64,000 bases of DNA from Longimicrobiales bacterium (GTDB lineage Bacteria > Gemmatimonadota > Gemmatimonadetes > Longimicrobiales > Gaopeijiaceae), in contig OY730414.1 of the NCBI GenBank assembly GCA_963422615.1, forward strand, positions 372,001 to 436,000. Reading direction: 5' to 3'. The notes under the pieces are model-generated. The model made no database searches. It saw only the letters and a list, made by a program, of their open reading frames with translations, and had not been told where the DNA came from. Position numbers and translations under genes: made by a program. This document shows positions 48,381 through 55,955 of this stretch, in pieces (position 1 is the first letter of the stretch; every line of letters begins with the position of its first letter).

Positions 48381-49592
48381 GTGACTTCGGTATCGAACAT
48401 CCATAGTGGCCGGACCCAAGCCCCCCGGACGGGAAGGCTCGTGGAGAATGTGGCCCACTTCGTTCGCCTTCTTCGAGCCGCCGGACTCCCCATGGGGCCC
48501 GGTCACACGATTACCGCGGTGCGGGCCCTGGAGGCCATCGATGTCACGGACAAGGGACAGTTTTTCTGGGCCCTTCACGGCACGTTGGTTTCCGAGCCCG
48601 GTCAGCGGCACATCTTCGAGAGTGCATTTCGTCTCTTTTGGCGCGACCCCTTCGGGGCGGACGAGGCCCTGGCAACCCTGCTGTCCGCCTTCAAGGCTTC
48701 CTCCAACAACCGGTCCTCCCGCACCCCGAGACGCCTGGCAGCGGCGGCCAACCCCGTCTCCCGGCGGCAAACGAACCCGGGCAGGCAAGCCGTCGACCTC
48801 CCGGTTCGAATGGCCTTCGCTCCCGGTGAGGTCCTCCGCACCAAGGACTTCGAGGAAATGACCGTCGCCGAGGTCATTCAAGCGCGGGAGGTGATCCGCC
48901 GGTTCGACCTGCGACTGCGTCCCGTGATCACCCGGCGCCGGCAGCGCGACCCAAGGGGAACGGCGATCGACCTCCGGCGCACCCTTCGCACCAGCTTCCG
49001 GAAAGGAGGGGACCCGGTTCCCCTGGAACGGTCCTCCCCGGGGACCCGGCGGCCCGCCCTGGTGGCCCTCTGCGACATCTCCGGGTCCATGGAATCCTAT
49101 TCCCGCATCCTCCTTCACTTCTTCCACGCCGTGACCAACGCCGCCGACCGGACTCACACCTTCGTTTTCGGCACTCGGCTGACCCACATCACCCGGCTCC
49201 TCCAGGACCAGGATGTGGACAGAGCCTTAGGCCGGGTAGGAAGTGCCGTATCGGACTGGCACGGGGGTACGAGGATCGGGACCTCGTTGAAGGCGTTCAA
49301 CCGGCACTGGTCGCGCCGCCTGCTTTCCCAGGGCGCGGTCGTGCTGCTGGTCACCGACGGACTGGACCGAGAAAGCGGCGCCGGAATCCGGATTCAGGCC
49401 CGACGCCTGAGAAAATCCTGCCGACGGCTGATCTGGCTGAATCCCCTGTTGCGATTCGAAGCCTTCGCCCCCAAAGCCGCCGGAGTGCGGGCGTTGCTTC
49501 CCGAGGTGGACGAGCACCGACCCGTCCACAACTTGGTCAGCTTGGCGCAACTGGTGGAAGTCCTGGGGAGCCCCGGGAGGAGAAGGCCGTGA
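48381..49592 (+). CDS. coxE: VWA-domain CoxE-like protein
   Basis: DISGSM, FGTRLT, GGTRIG, TDGLD and WLNPL. Confidence 0.9.
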   Translation: MTSVSNIHSGRTQAPRTGRLVENVAHFVRLLRAAGLPMGPGHTITAVRALEAIDVTDKGQFFWALHGTLVSEPGQRHIFESAFRLFWRDPFGADEALATLLSAFKASSNNRSSRTPRRLAAAANPVSRRQTNPGRQAVDLPVRMAFAPGEVLRTKDFEEMTVAEVIQAREVIRRFDLRLRPVITRRRQRDPRGTAIDLRRTLRTSFRKGGDPVPLERSSPGTRRPALVALCDISGSMESYSRILLHFFHAVTNAADRTHTFVFGTRLTHITRLLQDQDVDRALGRVGSAVSDWHGGTRIGTSLKAFNRHWSRRLLSQGAVVLLVTDGLDRESGAGIRIQARRLRKSCRRLIWLNPLLRFEAFAPKAAGVRALLPEVDEHRPVHNLVSLAQLVEVLGSPGRRRP

Positions 49593-51124
49593 ATCGGAAG
49601 TCCATTCGGGAAATCGCCGCTGGAATCCGGCGAGGGGAGGACAGCGCTCTTCGAAACGTGGAAGAAGCGATTCGCCATCACGAAGCAAGCCGACTGAACG
49701 CCTACATCCGCTTCGACGCCGAGGGCGCCCGCAGGCAAGCCAAACGGATCGACGCGGCCGTGGCCCGGGGCAGGGACCCGGGTCCCCTGGCAGGCATTCC
49801 CGTATCGGTGAAGGATCTATACGGGGTCGAGGGCCTCCCCATCCGAGCCGGGACGAAGCGGGAGTTACCCGCGCGCTGGCGCCAGGAGGGGTTTCTCGTT
49901 CGGACCCTGCGGGATCTGGGTGCGGTGATCATGGGCAAGACCCACACCGTGGAGCTGGCTTTCGGAGGAGTCGGGATCAACTACAACACGGGTACGCCCG
50001 TGAACCCCTGGGACGGGGAGAAACACCGAGTACCGGGAGGGTCCTCGACGGGAGCAGGCCCGAGTCTGTGGGAGGGGTCGGCCCGAATCGCCTTGGGAAC
50101 CGACACGGGGGGATCGATTCGCATCCCCGCTTCGGCGACGGGCGTCGTGGGCCACAGGCAAACGACGGGAAGGTGGCCGACGACCGGGGTCGTTCCGTTG
50201 AGCACGACCCTGGACACCGTGGGACTGCTGACCCACACGGCGGAAGACACCCTGTATGCGTTCCAGACCATCGACCGCCTGGTTGACAGGAGTGCAGGGT
50301 CCCAGGCTGGTCACGGTGTCAAGACCAAAGCTCGGTCCAGCGAAGGAACTGTGGCGTTGAGGGTTAGAGACCCTTCTCCCAGAGACCAATCTGGCCGACC
50401 CGGGGCGGAAACCGATGACGTTACGGGAAGCGTGGCAGGGCTGCGGATCGGCGTTCCCCGCTCCGAGCTGTGGGACCGCGCCGATCCCGGTATCGCTGCT
50501 GTTGTGCATCGGTCCTTGTCCGAGCTGGAAACGGCGGGTGCAGCAATCTTCGAGGTGGACGCACCGGAGCTGGACGAAGCCGGGGCCCGGTATCTGGGGG
50601 GCGGACTGGTACAGCCGGAGTGCGTCGAGTTCCTGAAACGCGAGCTCCCGGAATGGACCGGCATCCTGGACCCGACGGTCAGCGAACGACTGAAGGCTTC
50701 GAGCCACGCCAGCGCGGTTGATTACATTGGGGTCCTGCGGCTCCGCCACCGCCTTCGGGCAAGCATTCACACCCGGCTGGACACCCGGGGAGTGGATGTT
50801 CTGGCCACTCCGACCTTGCCTGTCACACCCCCTGCCGTGGTCGCCCTTTCCCGGCTGGAGGACTATCGGAAAGCCAACCAGCGGATGCTGTCGGGCACGG
50901 GTCCGGCCTCTATGCTGGACATGTGCACGATCAGCCTGCCCGCGGGGCTGGACCGGCGCGGAATGCCGGTAGGGCTTCAACTCATCGGAAGAACGGGCGC
51001 GGACGAGGCGCTTCTGGGGTACGCGGTCGCGGCGGAGAGGGTGCTGGGCACAAATCTGGTGCGGTTGGGTGTGCCACCCAGGGTTCGTATGCCTGGACCC
51101 CGCAGCGGGGCCAACCGGCCCTAG
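49589..51124 (+). CDS. Amidase signature family protein
   Basis: VSVKDL, PGGSSTG and LGTDTGGSIRIPAS. Confidence 0.92.
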   Translation: MNRKSIREIAAGIRRGEDSALRNVEEAIRHHEASRLNAYIRFDAEGARRQAKRIDAAVARGRDPGPLAGIPVSVKDLYGVEGLPIRAGTKRELPARWRQEGFLVRTLRDLGAVIMGKTHTVELAFGGVGINYNTGTPVNPWDGEKHRVPGGSSTGAGPSLWEGSARIALGTDTGGSIRIPASATGVVGHRQTTGRWPTTGVVPLSTTLDTVGLLTHTAEDTLYAFQTIDRLVDRSAGSQAGHGVKTKARSSEGTVALRVRDPSPRDQSGRPGAETDDVTGSVAGLRIGVPRSELWDRADPGIAAVVHRSLSELETAGAAIFEVDAPELDEAGARYLGGGLVQPECVEFLKRELPEWTGILDPTVSERLKASSHASAVDYIGVLRLRHRLRASIHTRLDTRGVDVLATPTLPVTPPAVVALSRLEDYRKANQRMLSGTGPASMLDMCTISLPAGLDRRGMPVGLQLIGRTGADEALLGYAVAAERVLGTNLVRLGVPPRVRMPGPRSGANRP

Positions 51125-51254
51125 AAGGGTCGGCCCGGGGGCGCCCTTTGTCCAGCCAACGGCCTCTTACCTTATCGGATGGGTGGATGACGCCGGAAAC
51201 ATGATTCGAGAGGTTGCTAGCGCGGGCACGAGGGCGTTTGGGCCGTGGGGCGGT

Positions 51255-52286
51255 CTAGCCCTTCGTCTTCGTAGGGTTCCGCAGCGCGGAGATCACCTCT
51301 GCCAGGACGGATACCGCGATCTCTGCCGGCGTCCGGGCGCCGATGGGCAATCCCACCGGCCCGTGTATCCTGTCCAGAGACGCCGCAGAAAAGCCTGCTG
51401 CAGCCAAGCGCTTCCCCCTCGCTTTCTGGGTTTTGCGACTTCCCAACGCCCCAATGTAGAAGGCGTCGCTGGCAAGAGCAGCGCTCAGCGCCGGATCGTC
51501 AATCTTGGGATCGTGACTGAGCGCGATAACGGCCGTCCTGCGATCCGGTTGCAACGCGTTCATCGCCCGGTCCGGCCAGGCCCGGACCAGTACCGAGCTG
51601 TCGAAGCGGTCCGCAGTGGCAAACCCCTCTCTGGGATCCACAACCTTGGCCCGGAATCCCGCCGCCAACGCCATGGGAATCAGGGCCTGGGCAATGTGCA
51701 CGGCCCCGACGATGATCAGGCGAGGTGGCCGAAGGTAAGGGCGAAGGAAGACCGTACCACGCTCGGTCTCGACCACTCGGGCCTCGTCGGCGCGAAGTAC
51801 GGCTTCCACCAGGTCACCACCCAGGCCGGGCATTTCGGGCCCAGACCCGGCTTCCACCAACTCCTGGGCTCCGTCGCCCAGACTAGTGACGAGCACCACC
51901 TCCCGCCCCTTCCGCTGGGCCTGGAGCACGCTGCCGAGGACACCCGTCTTCGCCCGCTCGACGAAAAGGTGGATTCTTCCCCCGCAGGCAAGCCCCACCT
52001 CCCAAGCCATTTCGTTGGTCACCCCGAATTCGAGGGAACGGGGTCGGCCCGACTCGATCACTTCCCGCGCGGCCTGGATCACCGCGCCCTCGATACACCC
52101 GCCCGATACCGACCCGGAGAAGTCCCCGTTCGAGGCTACGGCCATGTGGCTTCCCGCCCTTCTCGGGGCCGAGCCCCACGTGCGGGTCACCGTCGCCAGC
52201 GCGACCCGGCGGCCCTCGTCCAGCCACTGGGCGGCTTGCGCGAGGACCGGATTCGGGTTCGAGTGTCCTGTAGGGTGACAGTTCAT
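51255..52286 (-). CDS. xdhC: XdhC/CoxI-family Moco insertion chaperone
   Basis: TWGSAPR, GSVSGGCIE, GLACGG, YIGALGS and IGARTPAEIA. Confidence 0.92.
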   Translation of the reverse strand: MNCHPTGHSNPNPVLAQAAQWLDEGRRVALATVTRTWGSAPRRAGSHMAVASNGDFSGSVSGGCIEGAVIQAAREVIESGRPRSLEFGVTNEMAWEVGLACGGRIHLFVERAKTGVLGSVLQAQRKGREVVLVTSLGDGAQELVEAGSGPEMPGLGGDLVEAVLRADEARVVETERGTVFLRPYLRPPRLIIVGAVHIAQALIPMALAAGFRAKVVDPREGFATADRFDSSVLVRAWPDRAMNALQPDRRTAVIALSHDPKIDDPALSAALASDAFYIGALGSRKTQKARGKRLAAAGFSAASLDRIHGPVGLPIGARTPAEIAVSVLAEVISALRNPTKTKG

Positions 52287-52326
52287 AGCCTTATGAGTGT
52301 ACTCTGGAGGATAAGGAGCGCAACGT

Positions 52327-52806
52327 TTGGCGGCATCGAACACCGGTGAGCTTCACCAGGCCCTCATCCGGGATCACTTCCGGAGGCCCCGGAACCGCGG
52401 CCCCCTGGACGACCCGATGACCACCGGCGAAGCTCACAACCCTTTCTGCGGAGACACCGTCCGGATGTGGGTGCGCGTGGACGGCGGACGCGTAGCCGCC
52501 GTGACCTTCGACGGCCGTGGTTGTTCTCTTTCCCAGGCTTCCGCTTCCATGTTGACTGTCCTGATCCGGGGACGGGCTGTGGGTGAGATCGACAACCTGC
52601 GGCGGCGCTTCACCGAAGGACTGGCCCAGAGGGGCCCCGGGTTACCGAAGGAACTGGGAGACATGCGGGCGTTGGCGGGCGTGAGCCGATTCCCCAGCCG
52701 GATCCGGTGTGCGGTCCTTCCGTTCGATGCCCTGGACCGCGCATTGCGGGATGGGTCTCGCTCCTTGAGCGACTCGGACTCATCAAGGGACCCGGAGAAT
52801 CTTTAG
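52327..52806 (+). CDS. sufU: SufU/NifU-family Fe-S or sulfur-transfer protein
   Basis: DHFRRPRN, NPFCGD, GRGCSLSQASAS and RIRCA. Confidence 0.92.
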   Translation: MAASNTGELHQALIRDHFRRPRNRGPLDDPMTTGEAHNPFCGDTVRMWVRVDGGRVAAVTFDGRGCSLSQASASMLTVLIRGRAVGEIDNLRRRFTEGLAQRGPGLPKELGDMRALAGVSRFPSRIRCAVLPFDALDRALRDGSRSLSDSDSSRDPENL

Positions 52807-52877
52807 CTCGTGGAATGGGGCGTGGACCACTAGCCCCCGCGGCCAGCGACGGAGGCACTCGGGGATTTTCTCTCTGC

Positions 52878-52906
52878 TTGACATTCCGATCAAGAGTCCT
52901 CACCTT
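52878..52906 (+). promoter_or_regulatory. Possible sigma70-type promoter for peptide/propeller locus 2
   Basis: TTGACA at 52878-52883, 17-nt spacer, weak -10 CACCTT. Confidence 0.4.
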
Positions 52907-52990
52907 CTCTGTATCTTGCCTCAGGGCAACGTCTGATTGTCCCGCGGGGTCAGCCGCCGCCGAAACACGACAACCCAAGAGAATCTTGCA

Positions 52991-53272
52991 ATGAAATCGA
53001 AGCTCGTTCTGTCTCGCTTGCTGGTAGGCATCGTCCCCGTCGCCGTCTTTGTCAGCGGTGCGTTCTTAGGCAGCTTGGTCCCCGGGCTGCCTGCCTCCTC
53101 GGCCGCAATCCAAGAAGACCAAGACGGCTGCGAAGATGACGCGTGCGTCCACGTGCACAGGAAATTCTGGTTTGACTCCCACTACTGTGCCCAAACAGAC
53201 GGCAGTGGCTCCGGTTGCGATCTGGACGACGAGGCCGAAGGTGGGTGCGCCAGCTACCACTGCCATCACTAG
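52991..53272 (+). CDS. Secreted six-cysteine, Asp/His-rich peptide C (93 aa)
   Basis: Long hydrophobic leader, then QEDQDGCEDDACVHVHRKFWFDSHYCAQTDGSGSGCDLDDEAEGGCASYHCHH. Confidence 0.82.
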   Translation: MKSKLVLSRLLVGIVPVAVFVSGAFLGSLVPGLPASSAAIQEDQDGCEDDACVHVHRKFWFDSHYCAQTDGSGSGCDLDDEAEGGCASYHCHH

Positions 53273-53274
53273 AC

Positions 53275-54471
53275 ATGGACACTTCAGGTCCCTGGAAGAA
53301 TCGGCTTTTCGCTTCAGCCGTGTTACTGGCCGGGCTGCATGGGTGCGGTGATAGGGAAGTCATCCACCCGAACGCCGACAACAGACCTCCCCGGGACGCG
53401 GCTACGATCAGCCGGGATTCGCTGCCCGATGGACTTTCAGCGGAATCCCTCGCCGCGTGGAGGAACGCCCGAGAAGCGATCTTGAGTGCTCATGCGACCC
53501 TTAATCTGGGGTCCCAAGAGCCCGGTCCCGAGCTGTTCAGCTACGTTTCGGACGCCGAAATCGCTTCCGATGGCAATATCGTCGTGTTGGACGAATTCAC
53601 CCAAGAGGTCCGCATTTTCGATCCTTCCGGCAGCTACGTTGACGGGTTTGGAGGACTCGGAGACGGCCCCATGGAGCTTCGGGCCGCCGATCATTTCGAG
53701 CTGTTGCCCGGCGGACGCATCGCCGTTCCGATCGGGAACAGCGGTCGCGTCAAGGTGTTTCAGCGGCTTGACAACGAATGGACCTTGGAGGAAATGCTCG
53801 ACTTCCAGGTAACTCCAACTACTTGGAGGCCGACCATTTGCGCAATGGACAATGGTCAGTTGTTTGCAACAGGTCTTGCTGAGGCTAGCAACACGGTCAT
53901 CAACGGTCCGACGGGCGCCATACAGAGGTTTGGCGAAGGCTACAGACACGACGACACTTTCATTCGCCGCGAGATGTCGAGTGGTAGCATCGAATGTCTT
54001 GACGATTCAGCGCGAATCGTGTTCGGGTTTCACTACATGCCTGTAGTGCGCATGTATTCTGCACTAGACGGCGGAATAATTTGGACCTCTGCGCACGCCG
54101 ACAACGAATATCTTCAAGTTAGCGTTGTGGAGGGTGTAAGCGAGATCGGAACCACCAGCGTTTCATTCCGCCAACACGAGATGGATTCCGATCGCTTGGC
54201 GCTGCTTGCGCAGATCGGGCAGGGTGGCCACGTTCTTCTACAAAATTCGCGCATTCTTCCCGAAGAACGGAAAATTGTTGCGCAGACATACCTGTTGGAT
54301 GCCGTCACGGGAGCAGGCGCATTCCTGGGAGATACGCTACCTCCCATCCTTTCTGCCCAAGCCGACGGTTACATCGCTGTGTTCGAAGATCCGTACCCGC
54401 GGTTGGAGGTAAGGACCTTTGGTCCAGGTAGGGAATTCAGCGACTTGCCCGAATCTGGATCCTCGCTTTGA
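53275..54471 (+). CDS. Six-bladed beta-propeller lipoprotein (propeller 4)
   Basis: Lipobox LHGC and GNIVVLD..EVRIFDPSG...FGGLGDGPMEL. Starts 2 nt after the peptide C stop. Confidence 0.82.
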   Translation: MDTSGPWKNRLFASAVLLAGLHGCGDREVIHPNADNRPPRDAATISRDSLPDGLSAESLAAWRNAREAILSAHATLNLGSQEPGPELFSYVSDAEIASDGNIVVLDEFTQEVRIFDPSGSYVDGFGGLGDGPMELRAADHFELLPGGRIAVPIGNSGRVKVFQRLDNEWTLEEMLDFQVTPTTWRPTICAMDNGQLFATGLAEASNTVINGPTGAIQRFGEGYRHDDTFIRREMSSGSIECLDDSARIVFGFHYMPVVRMYSALDGGIIWTSAHADNEYLQVSVVEGVSEIGTTSVSFRQHEMDSDRLALLAQIGQGGHVLLQNSRILPEERKIVAQTYLLDAVTGAGAFLGDTLPPILSAQADGYIAVFEDPYPRLEVRTFGPGREFSDLPESGSSL

Positions 54472-55127
54472 CCCGACTCCGCCCCCGATTCCTCTTCATC
54501 TTTTTTGCAATCGGAGGGGTATTCGGATTCGTCGCCGCTTCTTTGGGCGTGATGCCCATTCCGGATGTCACCGTACGTTGGTCGGTTCCCGTCCTAAAGG
54601 CCGGGGAGTACATCCCGACAGGGAGCGTGGATGCCGGGGAGGAGATCGTGTTGGTTTACATTGGCTCCTCGACTTGCGGGTGGTCTAACGTGCCGGAGCT
54701 TCCCGACGTAGTTCGGTCCCTCAAGGTGAAGATGCAAGCCCGCGCTCAGACGGAGGGTATGGGATTCGCGGCCGTGGGGGTCGCTCGTGACGCAGTCGTC
54801 GCCAACGGCATGGAGCACCTGGATAAGTTCGGTGCGTTCGACGAAGTGATGGCCGGTCGAGGTTGGGCAAACGCTGGCGTGCAAAAGTACATCTACGGAG
54901 AAATGGCGGGACTGGGGGCAACTCCCCAGATTTTGGTCGTCTCAAGGCGGCTGGGGTACGAAACAGGTCACGTGACTTTCAACGACGAGAAGGTTTTGAT
55001 CCGGAAGGTTGGCGTTGACGAAATCGCTGGTTGGGCGGCCGAGGGAGCACCGCTGCAATCACCACTGCAAGTAAGAGGCCGAGACGACCGGAACATTGGG
55101 AGAGCTGCTCATGAATACCGTATGTAG
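54468..55127 (+). CDS. Membrane-anchored thioredoxin-fold-like protein (CGWS)
   Basis: TM, VLVYIGSSTCGWS (strand followed by CxxS) and ATPQILVV (cis-Pro-like). 4-nt overlap with the upstream gene. Confidence 0.7.
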   Translation: MTRLRPRFLFIFFAIGGVFGFVAASLGVMPIPDVTVRWSVPVLKAGEYIPTGSVDAGEEIVLVYIGSSTCGWSNVPELPDVVRSLKVKMQARAQTEGMGFAAVGVARDAVVANGMEHLDKFGAFDEVMAGRGWANAGVQKYIYGEMAGLGATPQILVVSRRLGYETGHVTFNDEKVLIRKVGVDEIAGWAAEGAPLQSPLQVRGRDDRNIGRAAHEYRM

Positions 55128-55824
55128 GTTTTTTCTCAGACTGGGTGGGGGCGCGATATGGGTCGTCGCGGGCATCCTGATCTTCAGCGTGGGCGCCGGA
55201 ATCGGAGGAACCCTCGGTGGTGTACTCGCATCGGTGGGCGCGGATGCGAGACCTCCCTTCTGCGAGATGGACAGGTGCTCGACGACTCGGTTGAACTGGT
55301 GCGAGGACGCGGGAGAGGAGAAAACCAACTGCGACCTTCATTCTTTCGGGTGCGGCACCGTTCCGTGCGGGGAAGCCGGGAGCTTTACGGTGCTGGCTAC
55401 ATTCCCCACCCTCGAGAGCACAGACATATGGATGGCGTACGGTGACCAGGGGGGTTCCGCTCTGGCGGGTTATGCCCTTTCGCGGGAGCCATATCCGCAA
55501 CGAGAAAGGGCCCTGGAAACACTGGCGAGGATGGCCCGCGAATGGGATCTGGAAAGAGGAGGATACGACGTTGAAGAGCGCGTCTCCGAGGTGGCCGTGC
55601 GATTCACGAGGCGCCCGATCGAGTATGTCGCGCCGGAGTTGCGCGTTCAGGTTCTGATGCGAGGGATCGACTTGGCCGTCGCCTTGGAACACCCGTATCA
55701 CGACGAATCGGTACGCCTGCTCGCGCATCCGGACACGGTGCGGGCTCGTCTGGGAGACAACAGTCTGGACTACGAGGCAGTTGTCGCCTACGCGCGGAAT
55801 CTGTCGCAGGAGCCGCAAGAGTAG
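55111..55824 (+). CDS. Exported protein with an N-terminal six-cysteine domain like peptide C, fused to an unknown helical domain
   Basis: Leader, then CEMDRCSTTRLNWCEDAGEEKTNCDLHSFGCGTVPC. Confidence 0.75.
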   Translation: MNTVCRFFLRLGGGAIWVVAGILIFSVGAGIGGTLGGVLASVGADARPPFCEMDRCSTTRLNWCEDAGEEKTNCDLHSFGCGTVPCGEAGSFTVLATFPTLESTDIWMAYGDQGGSALAGYALSREPYPQRERALETLARMAREWDLERGGYDVEERVSEVAVRFTRRPIEYVAPELRVQVLMRGIDLAVALEHPYHDESVRLLAHPDTVRARLGDNSLDYEAVVAYARNLSQEPQE

Positions 55825-55955
55825 CGCCCTACGGGCCTCTGAATGCCCGCCGCCCCCTAGGTCGGCACTTCTATCGGGATAGTGTTGTGGAATCCGGGTA
55901 TGCGATTAGAATACTTGCAGGTTGCATGTGACGAGCCACCGACGCCGAGGTCACG

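Noticed and set aside
18559..52286. Selenium-dependent molybdenum hydroxylase system linking selD and coxL
   Set aside because: The genes are about 24 kb apart, and no yqeB/yqeC-like genes were seen.
52916..52930. TTGCCTCAGGGCAAC upstream of peptide C as an equivalent of the locus-1 inverted repeat arms
   Set aside because: It shares only a short GGGCAAC core and forms a local hairpin. No partner arm was found downstream of peptide C.
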